34,465 bases of DNA from a virus (lineage: Duplodnaviria; Caudoviricetes), in IMG/VR virus record IMGVR_UViG_3300032560_000073, positions 1-34,465 of that record. One strand, written 5' to 3'. The position numbers and the translations under genes were made by a program. Below, in pieces: positions 1-9,245 of the stretch (position 1 is the stretch's first letter; every line of letters starts with the position of its first letter). Under the pieces are notes generated by a model. It made no database searches. It was not told the origin of the DNA and saw only the letters and a program-made list of their open reading frames with translations.

Positions 1-213
1 GCCTACCTGGGCGGGGCCAACCTGAGCGGGGCCAACCTGGGCGGGGCCGACCTGGTCGGGGCCTACCTGGTCGGGGCCAACCTGGGCGGGGCCGACCTGG
101 GCGGGGCCGACCTGGTCGGGGCCTACCTGGTCGGGGCCAACCTGGGCGGGGCCGACCTGGGCGGGGCCAACCTGAGCAGGGCCAACCTGGGCGGGGCCAA
201 CCTGGGCGGGGCC
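1..213 (+). repeat. Tandem array of about 14 copies of a 15-bp unit encoding A[DNY]Lxx pentapeptides
   Basis: Units gcc-(t/a/g)ac-ctg-(ggc/agc/gtc)-(ggg/agg) read directly. Confidence 0.95.
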
Positions 214-552
214 ACTGGCTCAGACCTTGCCCTGGCCATGGGGATGCATATCCCGCCCGAAGGACCGTTCTGGGGCTGGAAAAAATGCCGGGGCGGCGTG
301 ATCGTCAAACTCTTGATCCCCGCCGAAGCCAATCGCTCCCATGGTGCTGAGCGCAAATGCCGCTGCGAGTTCGCGGACGTGCTGGAGGTGATCGGCGCGG
401 AGACGGGCGAGAGCGACCATACGCCGAGAATCACCTATCGGGCCGGCGAGCGCGTGACGCCGGATGCATGGGACGAGAACCGCTGGGATATGTGCAGCAA
501 CGGCATCCATTTTTTCTTGACCCGGCTTGAGGCTGAGAATTACAATCTTTAA
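1..552 (+). CDS. Pentapeptide-repeat protein with C-terminal DUF5758-like domain, 5'-truncated by the window edge
   Basis: Frame 1 is open from base 1 ([20 protein letters not shown]...) into the ORF-track protein 238..552 (GWKKC...KCRC...[14 protein letters not shown]), the C-terminal domain typical of phage pentapeptide-repeat proteins. Confidence 0.85.
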   Translation, partial: AYLGGANLSGANLGGADLVGAYLVGANLGGADLGGADLVGAYLVGANLGGADLGGANLSRANLGGANLGGATGSDLALAMGMHIPPEGPFWGWKKCRGGVIVKLLIPAEANRSHGAERKCRCEFADVLEVIGAETGESDHTPRITYRAGERVTPDAWDENRWDMCSNGIHFFLTRLEAENYNL

Positions 553-562
553 GGGAGCAATT

Positions 563-781
563 ATGGCCGCATCTGTTTTTCTCGACCGCAAAGTCCTGAA
601 TGTCGCGGAGGACACCAATGGTTCGATAATTTTCCAGACTCTCGATGACTGCTTTGGTATGGATCGTATCCGCGCCTGGGCTCACGAGCAGAAGGTAGAT
701 CTGCGCCCGGATACCGCAAGGCGTGGGCATATTAGTTTCACTCGCCGGAAACCCGGCACGTCACTGAAAGGGAAACCATGA
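563..781 (+). CDS. Hypothetical phage protein (72 aa)
   Basis: GGGAG RBS before ATG 563; its TGA overlaps the next ATG (ATGA). Confidence 0.65.
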   Translation: MAASVFLDRKVLNVAEDTNGSIIFQTLDDCFGMDRIRAWAHEQKVDLRPDTARRGHISFTRRKPGTSLKGKP

Positions 782-1413
782 AATACATTCCGATCAATCT
801 GCAACCCAAAACGCTACTCCCTGGGATGAAGGTCCAGATGGGACCGGATTGGGATAAGTTCACAGGTGGACATAGAAGTATCACTCCCAACTCGATTGGC
901 ATAGTTGAGAGCCAATACAAGCATGGATGGTTTAATGTTACTTGGGACAATGGCTGTAGTTGCATCTATTGCTATGGGGAAACGGAATGGACTAAACATT
1001 TCCAATGCGAGGTCCAGGCAGTAAAACCAATAGACGAACCCAAGTTGCAAGGTTCAAGGTTTAAGGTGGGTGATCGAGTCGTGGCGCTCGACAATTGCGG
1101 ATACACTCCCTGTGTTATTGGACAAACCGGAACTATTGTGGACCAAGCGCGTGAGAATTTATTTCTGGTGGACATCCCTTCCTATGGTTCAGCGCTGAAT
1201 TTTTTCCCTAACGAAATGGTTCTCGCCCCCGCCGAAACACCCATAGAAGCCGCCCAGGCCCGTATCGACGGCTTTGAAAAGTGCCATACCCAGTGCAAGG
1301 AGATCCTGGGTTCGCCCCGCCATAAGCCACTGTATGACTCCGTGCGGGAATTGGTTGAGGAATTGAATTCACTCAAGGCCCAGATCGCTGCGGCCAAGCA
1401 AGCGCTCAAGTAG
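778..1413 (+). CDS. Hypothetical protein with Mib/HERC2-like and SH3-like beta domains and a coiled-coil tail
   Basis: GMKVQMGPDW...GIV...GWFNVTWDNG...Y.YG resembles the Mib/HERC2 pattern; FKVGDRV begins a second SH3-like barrel. Confidence 0.6.
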   Translation: MKYIPINLQPKTLLPGMKVQMGPDWDKFTGGHRSITPNSIGIVESQYKHGWFNVTWDNGCSCIYCYGETEWTKHFQCEVQAVKPIDEPKLQGSRFKVGDRVVALDNCGYTPCVIGQTGTIVDQARENLFLVDIPSYGSALNFFPNEMVLAPAETPIEAAQARIDGFEKCHTQCKEILGSPRHKPLYDSVRELVEELNSLKAQIAAAKQALK

Positions 1414-1431
1414 GCATTCAAGGAGAATTCA

Positions 1432-1713
1432 ATGGACATCAATCTCAGCATCAAAAAAATCTGCGAGGGTGATCCGAGCTATCCATATGGGTATCTCTAC
1501 CTGTCGGTAACGATGGATGGAGGGTGCCTTACTGCCCATCGGACTATCCACCACTACGACAAAAACAAGGCCGGAGCACTGGACGCATATCGCGCCAATC
1601 TCCTGTCGCTGGAGCGGCAGCTTTCTAATGGGATCGAAGAAGTCCGGTCCCTGATTGAAGGATTGCCGGCCAAGGTAGTCGAGGCCGATCTTTTCGGGCC
1701 TTCATCGTGGTAA
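1432..1713 (+). CDS. Hypothetical protein
   Basis: AAGGAG RBS; 93 aa; packed with neighbours. Confidence 0.7.
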   Translation: MDINLSIKKICEGDPSYPYGYLYLSVTMDGGCLTAHRTIHHYDKNKAGALDAYRANLLSLERQLSNGIEEVRSLIEGLPAKVVEADLFGPSSW

Positions 1714-1922
1714 CATACCAGGATGAAGCCGAGCGACTTTTAGCGCGGTTGATGATCTGGCACAAGCTATACCGATACCACTCAGAGATCGGCGATGTGG
1801 ATGTTACCCTTCATATCGCTGATCTTTGGGATTCCGCCGATCAAGCCGCCGTTGATCAATTCGTCGCTGCCCGGAATGAAATCACCGGGCAGAAACATCT
1901 TCCGTATGATATGGAGGTCTAA
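1707..1922 (+). CDS. Hypothetical protein
   Basis: 71 aa; fills the gap and its TAA overlaps the erf ATG. Confidence 0.6.
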   Translation: MVTYQDEAERLLARLMIWHKLYRYHSEIGDVDVTLHIADLWDSADQAAVDQFVAARNEITGQKHLPYDMEV

Positions 1923-2710
1923 TGACCGACAATCCGTTGTTTGAAGGTATCGAAACGTCCATCGATAACCCAATAATTATTACGAAGTCCGATCCAATGC
2001 CAATCGCCACGTCCACATATACCCACACTCCCATGGGATTAATCCAGATGGCCGTTGAGCGTGGTGATGCGCTGGACAAGCTCGAAAAGCTCATGGACTT
2101 GCAGGAGCGCTGGGAGGAGTCGGAGGCACGCAAAGCGTTCAATCGGGCATTCGCAGCATTCAAGGCAGAATCCGTCCAGATTGTGAAGAACATCACCGTG
2201 ACGGACGGCCCGCTCAAGGGCAAGAGGTATGCGGACCTATTCGCCGTGGTAGATTCCATCACGCCTGCCCTGTCCAAGCACGGTCTGAGTTGCTCATGGA
2301 AACTCAGCAAGGATGACCCGACCTGGATGGAGGTGACCTGCTACCTCAAGCACGAGGACGGCCACTGCGAAACAGCGTTCATGGGCGGCCCTCCCGATTC
2401 AGGCGGGGCCAAAAGCGCCATCCAGGCCCGCGCCTCGTCCAAATCTTACCTGGAGCGTTACACCGTCTTGGCAATCACCGGACTGGCGGCCACCGACCAG
2501 GACAGCGACGGGCGCGGCCCCGCGCCGGTCGGGCTTCCGGAGGATGCGTTCCTGGGGCATCTGGCCGCAATCCGTGGTGCAGAAACCATGGACGCGCTCA
2601 AGCCCATTTTCGAGAAAGCATGGAAATCCGCTGGCCTGGACCAGCCTACTAAGAAGGCTCTCCAGGTGGCCTACGACAAGCGCAAGGGCGAACTGCGAGG
2701 TGCGAAGTGA
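1922..2710 (+). CDS. erf: Erf-family single-strand annealing protein
   Basis: LEKLMDLQERWE..ARKAF..AFAAF, YADL..V...I.PALSKHGLS, H..GH, Q...S..SY.ERYT..AITGLA..D.DG motifs. Confidence 0.88.
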   Translation: MTDNPLFEGIETSIDNPIIITKSDPMPIATSTYTHTPMGLIQMAVERGDALDKLEKLMDLQERWEESEARKAFNRAFAAFKAESVQIVKNITVTDGPLKGKRYADLFAVVDSITPALSKHGLSCSWKLSKDDPTWMEVTCYLKHEDGHCETAFMGGPPDSGGAKSAIQARASSKSYLERYTVLAITGLAATDQDSDGRGPAPVGLPEDAFLGHLAAIRGAETMDALKPIFEKAWKSAGLDQPTKKALQVAYDKRKGELRGAK

Positions 2711-3387
2711 TCAACATCATCAATTGCGAGCAGGGTAGCATCGAATGGAAGGCGGCCCGCGCCGGACGGATCACCGGGAGCCGCATGGCCGCCGTGCTGG
2801 ACCGGACCAAGAAGGGCGAGGACGGGGCGAAGCGCCGCGACCTTAAGGCCACCATTCTCGCCGAGATCCTGACCGGCGAGCCGGAGCCCGATGGGTTCGT
2901 CAGTTACGAGATGCGATGGGGAACAGATACTGAGCCCATGGCCAGGGCGGAATACGAGGTTCGCACCGGCCTCGTGGTTGACACGGTGGGTTTCATCCTC
3001 CACCCGACCAACGAACGGTTTGGCGTCTCTCCTGACGGCATCATTAATCCCACCGCCACGGTCGAGGGAATCGCCAGCATCGAGGGCATGGTGGAGATCA
3101 AATGTCCCAAGACCGCCACGCACCTGGGTTACATCTTGGCCAATGTGGTCCCCGAAGCCTACGAGCCGCAGATGATGTGGGAGATGGGCAACTGTGACGC
3201 CCGGTGGTGCGATTTCGTTTCCTACGATCCGCGCCTGCCGGAATACCTCCAATTCTTCACCAAGCGGCTCATGCGTGACAATGCGCGGATCGCCGAACTA
3301 GAGCACGAGGCCACAGCCTTCATGGATGAGGTAGGCCAGATGATAAAGCGTCTGCCTCAATCCCCGGCCTTTCGTGACACGAAATGA
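2707..3387 (+). CDS. YqaJ/lambda-exonuclease-family recombination nuclease
   Basis: EQGS.EW...R.G.ITGS, M.WG...EP.AR..YE, SPDG, EIKCP and WCDFVSYDPR motifs; coupled to erf. Confidence 0.92.
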   Translation: MINIINCEQGSIEWKAARAGRITGSRMAAVLDRTKKGEDGAKRRDLKATILAEILTGEPEPDGFVSYEMRWGTDTEPMARAEYEVRTGLVVDTVGFILHPTNERFGVSPDGIINPTATVEGIASIEGMVEIKCPKTATHLGYILANVVPEAYEPQMMWEMGNCDARWCDFVSYDPRLPEYLQFFTKRLMRDNARIAELEHEATAFMDEVGQMIKRLPQSPAFRDTK

Positions 3388-3641
3388 AGATTAACTGGGA
3401 TCGTGCAACCCTTGTGCCAATCTACGACGAAGCACGTTTCCCATCTCATGTCGTATGTGATGTTTGCAACGGCACGGGAGGATTCGATGGCCGCCCGCGC
3501 CATGGTGGAGATCGCATGGAACCAGACGATTATTATTGGAACGGTTGCAATGCGTGCGATGAACGAGGTGAGCATTTCAGCGCCACAGCCAAGTCGGTTA
3601 TCCGAAGTCGTGTCAAGATCGGCAATCACCGTGAAATCTAA
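3384..3641 (+). CDS. Small zinc-finger protein (DnaJ-type CxxCxGxG)
   Basis: CDVCNGTG and CNACDERG; ATGA coupling to the exonuclease stop. Confidence 0.6.
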   Translation: MKINWDRATLVPIYDEARFPSHVVCDVCNGTGGFDGRPRHGGDRMEPDDYYWNGCNACDERGEHFSATAKSVIRSRVKIGNHREI

Positions 3642-3963
3642 GCCATCCAAGGAAGAAATTGAACACATGGGCCGGGTTAAAAGCCTGCCGTGCATCATCT
3701 GTGAAAGGATGGGATTGCGGCAGGTTAGCCCAACAGACGCGCACCACATCAAGCGCGATCCCGAAACCGGCGAATCACTGGGGGCGGCGCAGAAAGGTAG
3801 CGGGTTCACCACCATCCCCCTCTGTTGCAAAACGCATCATTGGAATTCCGTCTATGTCACCATGGGGTCAAAGAAATTTGAGCAGCTCCACGGCAATGAA
3901 TTAACCCTTTTGGCCCTAACCTATGAGCGGTTGGGTTTGCCATATCCATGGGAGAAGCCATGA
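3631..3963 (+). CDS. Ref/DUF968-like HNH recombination-enhancement nuclease
   Basis: HMGRVKSLPCIIC, AHHIK and IPLCCKTHH zinc/HNH motifs; start uncertain (GTG 3631 chosen; frame open to 3403). Confidence 0.75.
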   Translation: MKSKPSKEEIEHMGRVKSLPCIICERMGLRQVSPTDAHHIKRDPETGESLGAAQKGSGFTTIPLCCKTHHWNSVYVTMGSKKFEQLHGNELTLLALTYERLGLPYPWEKP

Positions 3964-4217
3964 GAGAAGATGATTCCCCGAACCTCGAAGGACCGCTTTA
4001 TTTGGCGCAACAGCGGTTGGCCGAAGCCGAAGCACAAATTGACCGGCTCTCGGCAGAAATTGCGAGACTAACGGATGCCTATCTTGTGGAAACGCGAATG
4101 AGCGAAGACAAAGACACGCTGATCGCTGCCATGCAAACCGAATTGCGGCAAATCTGTGCGTTATTTGGTCCTGCTCACGATGAAATTCCAAGTCAGCGAT
4201 GGGGGTGCGGAGCATGA
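3960..4217 (+). CDS. Hypothetical coiled-coil protein
   Basis: ATGA coupling at both ends; heptad-like LAEAEAQIDRLSAEIARL. Confidence 0.65.
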   Translation: MREDDSPNLEGPLYLAQQRLAEAEAQIDRLSAEIARLTDAYLVETRMSEDKDTLIAAMQTELRQICALFGPAHDEIPSQRWGCGA

Positions 4218-4696
4218 ACGCAATCCCTGATTGGTTCCTTGCTGACCGATATGCCGCTTTGGTTGTCGCTGCCGACCGAGAATTCCGGCACAGCAGAGAA
4301 CCCATTCCAGAGCTTCCGGAGTGCCCCGGTTTCTACACGCCAATGCCCAAAAATACCGCCATGGTCGCTCCAATGCCGAAGCGTGAGCCATTGGGCCATC
4401 TCGAATGCAACAGACGATGGCGGGCCTCCCGGCGGATGAGAAATCGCATCGGCCAACTACCACCAGGGACCGAGATCGAAATGGAGTCAGGTGTCGCTGT
4501 GATCATGGCCTACATCGCTCCGGGAGATGACCCAATGGCCCCGCTACCGAAGGATACTATGCATAGCCACATGTCGGGGTGTCGTGAGCGTGGCCCTTCA
4601 CATCTGGCGCGTTACGCCGTCAAGGTTTGGAATGGCAGGCATTGGCATTATTACTGGCCCAAGGCTGCGACTGTGGATCGGGATTACCGAGGTTAG
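4214..4696 (+). CDS. Hypothetical protein
   Basis: GGAG before ATG 4214, which overlaps the upstream TGA. Confidence 0.65.
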   Translation: MNAIPDWFLADRYAALVVAADREFRHSREPIPELPECPGFYTPMPKNTAMVAPMPKREPLGHLECNRRWRASRRMRNRIGQLPPGTEIEMESGVAVIMAYIAPGDDPMAPLPKDTMHSHMSGCRERGPSHLARYAVKVWNGRHWHYYWPKAATVDRDYRG

Positions 4697-4856
4697 AGTT
4701 GTGGTAATCGCTATTGGGTTTCTGGCGTGGATCAAGGGTCGCTTCATAGTCCGCCGCCAGGCGCTCGGACTCCCGGGCCTGGGCCAGTATTCGCTGCCGA
4801 ATCTTATCCTCCCGGCCACTGGTGGCCGGGAGGGACTGCTCTTTGCGCTTGTTCAT
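4620..4856 (-). CDS. Possible small protein downstream of the tailspike
   Basis: ATG overlaps the tailspike stop (TGATG), but the 3' end overlaps the convergent + gene by 77 nt. Confidence 0.3.
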   Translation of the reverse strand: MNKRKEQSLPATSGREDKIRQRILAQARESERLAADYEATLDPRQKPNSDYHNSNLGNPDPQSQPWASNNANACHSKP

Positions 4857-6988
4857 CAGTAGCTCGGATACCATTTGGCGCTATCGAAGGTCATCACCAT
4901 GGCCTTGCCAACCACGGCGGTTGAGGACAGGGCAATGGGGTAGTTGAGCCCCGACTGAACACTACCGGTCGCCAGCGTCCAGGCGGCATCGGGAATCAGC
5001 GTTACCTGCCCCGTCCATCCGGCGTAGGGGATGGTGATCAGGCTGATAGCCCCCGTATTGACGATGTGGCAGATATCGAGATTCGGGGCGATGGTGTTAG
5101 CGGTTGCCACACCGTTGCCCACGAGCAGGGAGCGAGGACCAGCAGCAATCCCCACGCAAAGCCAAGCACGATACTGGACGCGCACGAACTTGATGACCGA
5201 GTAGGCCGGAACTACTTGCGTTACCTGCCCCGGCATGAAGAAGCCATTGGCGCTCACGCCGCCGTGGGTGAATGTCACCGGAGCACTGCCGAGGAAAACC
5301 GTGATCTCCTGCCCAATCTCCCCGTTGAGGAGGGTGCTCAGGGTGATCGGTGCTGAGTTCTGCGCATACATGAGTTCCTGGCCGGTGACGTCCATGGCAT
5401 CGGCCAGCGTGACGTTGACCGTGCGGGCGGTATCTGGAGCCGCCAGAAATTTAACCCGGGTACAGCCGAAGGCGTCAATGGCAATCGAGTGCGCGCCGCC
5501 ATCGTAATTAGGACCGATGACGACATTAGAAATCTGGTTGAGCCCTGTGGTGACGATTGAGTAATAGGTATTGCCGTTCAATCGGCACTGACCAATATAC
5601 CCGATGGAAAACTGAGCATCGACATAGATACCGTTCTGAGACGCCCACATAAGGCAATTTTGAATGTCGAACCACATAGCATAGCTGCCGGTGATACGGA
5701 TATTCGCGCCCTTGCTATCGCTGGCTCCGAGCCCGTTGTTCTCGAAATAGCACTCACCACTGAATGTGAGGCCCTCAACTCCGTTGGCCCAGATACCAGC
5801 CGAACCGGGGTTCGTGTTCGGGGTGGAGACGTTGCCAGTGCATCCAGCTCCCTCGAAGTCACAGTGATCGAAATTGACTCCTAGTATTGTCCCTCCTGGG
5901 TTATTCGTTGCCATGTTGATATACACGCCGTGGGAACCACTCACATAACTTCGGCAGTTCGTAAATTTGAGGTGGTTAACTACACCGGCAGCGCATGGCA
6001 CCACATAAAATCCGTAGGTGGTGGAATTCAGGATCTCCACCCCCTCGAACTGGGCCAGGATGCTGCGGCCTAGAATGGAGAGCCCATAGGGGTAGCCGGT
6101 GATCAACACGTGCCGGAACACGTGGTTATCATTGATTTGGGTGGTGCCGATGGATGAGATTGCCGGGGTCGTCCCGGTAGCAATCCCCGACGCGTTTGTG
6201 AACCCGATCTCTTCAATATGAATGTCCTGGCACGGTCCGGACAAACTCCCGATACTGATGACAGGGTTGTTGGTGGCAGGGGTGAGTTGCGTGGCGTTTT
6301 TCCCCTTCCCCCGGATGGTGATGCTACCAGTAGCAATCGAAAAATTGCATTTGATGAGACCGGCTGGTAAATTAATCACATTGCCGAAATAGGTATTTCC
6401 ACTTATATATCCGAACGATGCAATGGCTTTGGTAATCAGCGCGGACATGTCAGTGGCCCCGGTCGTATCTACGGTGCCGAAGTCAGCCAGGTCAGCCACC
6501 TGAGCGTTTTTGACTGCCTGGGTGCTGGCCACTGCCCCATTCCAGGGCTGAATCTCCCCCACTAGCGCTGCCCCACCACTCATAGCGAGATCTCCAGGCA
6601 GGGTGCCGACGGGGTAGGAGAGGGCGGGGTTGAACCCAATCATACCCTGCCCCAGAGACGCCGAAGTGGTAGATGCAAGGGCGGCGGCTAGATTGGAACC
6701 ATAACCAGAGATGTTGTCAATCGGGAAATTGGCTTGCTGGACGGAATTAACATCGAGTAGATTGAATTTGTATGCATTCTGCCCCAGCCATATCGCAGCG
6801 GTCCCAAAGGCATCAAGGATAATCGGATTGGTGTTTGGGACGGTCAGTGTCGAATCGGTATAGGTTGCTTGCGGGATTAGTGTTCCAGCCTGATAGGTAA
6901 AAAGCTGACCCCCTGCAAGCGGATTCCCTTCATTGGAAAGCGCCTGGAACCTGGGATACGTGAAAATCGATGCGGTGGAAGTTGCCAT
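4856..6988 (-). CDS. Tailspike / receptor-binding protein with parallel beta-helix (pectate-lyase-like depolymerase) domain
   Basis: N-terminal anchor (GNPLAGGQLFTYQAGT...NPIILD), DFG..D.TG.TD...I..AI beta-helix entry motif, Asn/Gly/Ile-rich repeats; 710 aa. Confidence 0.85.
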   Translation of the reverse strand: MATSTASIFTYPRFQALSNEGNPLAGGQLFTYQAGTLIPQATYTDSTLTVPNTNPIILDAFGTAAIWLGQNAYKFNLLDVNSVQQANFPIDNISGYGSNLAAALASTTSASLGQGMIGFNPALSYPVGTLPGDLAMSGGAALVGEIQPWNGAVASTQAVKNAQVADLADFGTVDTTGATDMSALITKAIASFGYISGNTYFGNVINLPAGLIKCNFSIATGSITIRGKGKNATQLTPATNNPVISIGSLSGPCQDIHIEEIGFTNASGIATGTTPAISSIGTTQINDNHVFRHVLITGYPYGLSILGRSILAQFEGVEILNSTTYGFYVVPCAAGVVNHLKFTNCRSYVSGSHGVYINMATNNPGGTILGVNFDHCDFEGAGCTGNVSTPNTNPGSAGIWANGVEGLTFSGECYFENNGLGASDSKGANIRITGSYAMWFDIQNCLMWASQNGIYVDAQFSIGYIGQCRLNGNTYYSIVTTGLNQISNVVIGPNYDGGAHSIAIDAFGCTRVKFLAAPDTARTVNVTLADAMDVTGQELMYAQNSAPITLSTLLNGEIGQEITVFLGSAPVTFTHGGVSANGFFMPGQVTQVVPAYSVIKFVRVQYRAWLCVGIAAGPRSLLVGNGVATANTIAPNLDICHIVNTGAISLITIPYAGWTGQVTLIPDAAWTLATGSVQSGLNYPIALSSTAVVGKAMVMTFDSAKWYPSY

Positions 6989-7002
6989 TTGTTGCCTTTC
7001 GT

Positions 7003-8178
7003 TTAGCCGAGCACTGAAATAATCGCGTTGGACACAGTGAATGAAGATGAAGTCCCTGCGCTAACGCTTATTTTTACATCTAGTGTGTTGGAAACCGTGG
7101 TATTGACAACCGTTATACCTGCATCAGACCCTGCGTTGACTGGGTTCAACCCAAAACTAGACCCACCGGATAGTTGGACAGAAGTGTAAAGTGAACCACT
7201 AGCCCCGGTTGCATAACAAGACATAACAACTTCGAGTTTCACTCCGTATGTTCCAACGGCTAGAGTAGGAGTAACAGAAGGAAGAGATGCCGATCCTACC
7301 AACGGGAATAGCGTTACAACGGCAGATGTTCCATTACTTATCGTCCCATAGACTTCTATTTTGATGGTTTTCCCAAGCACAAGGAAATTAGCAGGGATAG
7401 AAAGGGACCCATTGAAGTTACTCCCGAAACCTTGGATCAAGGAGTAATTGGTTGAGGTTGCCGCGATATTGACGGTGTATCCAGTCACCTTAGACACGGC
7501 CAGCGCACCACCCTTGTAAACCTTGACCAGATTAGCAGTTGATGCCCCTTCATTCACGCAAAGGGTCTGCTGGGTTGTATCCGTCCACATATCGCCCAGA
7601 GCGGGGGACGAATCAGTATAGAGGTTGAAGTTTACCTTGTTGAAGTTTGATCCGATGGCAAGGTTATTCAGGGTATACCCGACCGTCCCAGCCGCGTATG
7701 CGTTCCCGCTGGAATAGCCCACAAGGCCCGCGCCGTTTGTGGCGAGGGTAGTGAGCGGCAGATTCGTTTCAAGCACCCCTGCCGCATCCAGCGCGCTCCC
7801 AACAGTGCTTGCGGAGTGCGATCCTGGCGTGTATCCGACGATGCCAGCGCCATCGGCTCCGAGGGTTGCGGAAGCAAGCGCTGCCAGTGATGCGTTGCCC
7901 CGGATATTGTCGATTGGGTAGGGACTCTGCTGCACCCCGGCAGCATTGAGCAACTGGAATCGATAGGGGCTAGAACCAAGCCAGAATTGTGCCTCACCAT
8001 AGTTGTTGAGGATAATCGGATTCGGCATGTTGGTGGCAAGGGATTGGCTAGTATAGGTCGCCAGTGGAGTATTGGTTCCGGATGCATACGTATACAGCAG
8101 GCCGCCTGCCAGCGGCAGGCCCGTCACGTTGTCAACCGCAGAAAAGACCGGAGCCGTAGCCAAAGAACCGCTAGCCAT
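7003..8178 (-). CDS. Second tail fibre / receptor-binding protein
   Basis: First ~95 aa clearly paralogous to the tailspike N-terminus (PLAGGLLYTYASGT...NPIILN...PIDNI.G); GAG.VGY linker repeats; beta-rich C-terminus. Confidence 0.8.
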   Translation of the reverse strand: MASGSLATAPVFSAVDNVTGLPLAGGLLYTYASGTNTPLATYTSQSLATNMPNPIILNNYGEAQFWLGSSPYRFQLLNAAGVQQSPYPIDNIRGNASLAALASATLGADGAGIVGYTPGSHSASTVGSALDAAGVLETNLPLTTLATNGAGLVGYSSGNAYAAGTVGYTLNNLAIGSNFNKVNFNLYTDSSPALGDMWTDTTQQTLCVNEGASTANLVKVYKGGALAVSKVTGYTVNIAATSTNYSLIQGFGSNFNGSLSIPANFLVLGKTIKIEVYGTISNGTSAVVTLFPLVGSASLPSVTPTLAVGTYGVKLEVVMSCYATGASGSLYTSVQLSGGSSFGLNPVNAGSDAGITVVNTTVSNTLDVKISVSAGTSSSFTVSNAIISVLG

Positions 8179-8192
8179 AAATGAATCCCTCT

Positions 8193-8203
8193 ATTGAATT
8201 ATA
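8193..8203 (-). promoter_or_regulatory. Putative late promoter (-10-only), variant copy
   Basis: TATAATTCAATAG on the - strand; TATAAT at 8203-8198, 19 nt before ATG 8178. Confidence 0.5.
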
Positions 8204-8231
8204 CGGTAGGCGGTAAAGCCCCGATTACGGA

Positions 8232-8537
8232 TTAGTATTCCTTGAACCCGCTATTCTTTTTGCCCATAGCCATGCTCTTTTTGTGGATGCCCATGATGGC
8301 CTTGTCAATGGATTTGTCGCCCTTGCTTCCTTCGGGCAGACCGTGGGCCTTGTCGATCATCCTGTCAGCAGCCTTCACGTGCGGAGGAGCGGACTCAGGG
8401 ATGCCAACTTCCTTCTTACTGACTTTGTCGGAATCAGACTTCCCCTTATGGGCGTTATAATTTTTGCCCTTACCGACCGTTGCAGCTCGGCCAATATCGG
8501 ATTTGAATGCACTATCATTCTTGGGCTTGGCCATCAT
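8232..8537 (-). CDS. Small Lys-rich protein ending KNSGFKEY; putative internal head protein
   Basis: AGGAG RBS; very basic; C-terminus resembles that of the scaffold. Confidence 0.75.
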   Translation of the reverse strand: MMAKPKNDSAFKSDIGRAATVGKGKNYNAHKGKSDSDKVSKKEVGIPESAPPHVKAADRMIDKAHGLPEGSKGDKSIDKAIMGIHKKSMAMGKKNSGFKEY

Positions 8538-8542
8538 ATCTC

Positions 8543-8824
8543 CTAGTAGGATTTGAACCCGCCGCCATTGGATTTTTTGGGCGGGGCGGCATTGGTTGAC
8601 TTCGCGGATGCCTTCGATTTGGCGTTGCTATCGTTGATGGGCTTTTTCACCTTCGGGACGGCAGGGGCCGATGCCGGGTGCCCGAGGCCCACCTTGGCAT
8701 CAGCATACGAGTGTTTGAGGGGAGGCTTTACCTTGGGGACAGCGGGAGCCGACGCAGCAATACCATCTTCGCCCTTGGACGCAATGGCGGTGCTATGCTT
8801 CGTGTAATTCTTGACTTTGGCCAT
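8543..8824 (-). CDS. Small Lys/Ala/Pro-rich protein ending NGGGFKSY; putative internal head protein
   Basis: Internal duplication ASAPAVPKVK; N-terminus MAKVKN resembles neighbour MAKPKN. Confidence 0.75.
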   Translation of the reverse strand: MAKVKNYTKHSTAIASKGEDGIAASAPAVPKVKPPLKHSYADAKVGLGHPASAPAVPKVKKPINDSNAKSKASAKSTNAAPPKKSNGGGFKSY

Positions 8825-8825
8825 G

Positions 8826-9071
8826 CTACTTCACCTTCTTCATGGGTTTAACGGTCTTTACGGGGGCCTTGATTTTCGACGGAGCCACAGCAACGGCAAA
8901 ATTCGGCTTCGTCGCATGGTAGGTCGTTTCGTGCTTGTATGATCCGTCCTTACCGCTGGACGAATGATGAACCAGAACACCATTTTTGATCTGTTCGATT
9001 CGGAACGTTTCATTCTCGGGCAGAAACGGCTGCGGAGATTCCTTCATCTTAGCCTTCATCATTTTCCCCAC
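8826..9071 (-). CDS. Small basic hypothetical protein
   Basis: Lys-rich termini; packed between neighbours; start may be a later ATG. Confidence 0.65.
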   Translation of the reverse strand: MGKMMKAKMKESPQPFLPENETFRIEQIKNGVLVHHSSSGKDGSYKHETTYHATKPNFAVAVAPSKIKAPVKTVKPMKKVK

Positions 9072-9244
9072 TTCTTCGCATTCTTGGCGAACACGATGCG
9101 CTTTTTTTCTGCGGGCGAAGCATTCTTTTCAGCCGCGTTGAGTTTCTTGGCCGGGATCTTCTGACCCTGGGGAACTCCAAGATCCTGATGCAAGAGTCCC
9201 TTGTGTGATGGTTTGATATGGATTCCACTCTTGGCCATGATCAC
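9059..9244 (-). CDS. Small basic conserved phage protein (IHIKPSHKG...KR..FAKNAKKW type)
   Basis: Motif recalled from uncharacterised proteins in phage morphogenesis regions; GAGG RBS. Confidence 0.75.
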   Translation of the reverse strand: MIMAKSGIHIKPSHKGLLHQDLGVPQGQKIPAKKLNAAEKNASPAEKKRIVFAKNAKKWGK

Positions 9245-9245
9245 C

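Noticed and set aside
1-213. 15-bp repeats as a CRISPR array or DGR variable region
   Set aside because: There are no spacers, the units are in-frame pentapeptide codons, and no reverse transcriptase or template repeat is in the window.
3403-3630. N-terminal extension of the Ref-like nuclease
   Set aside because: It fully overlaps the coupled zinc-finger ORF 3384-3641; family motifs begin only after 3631.
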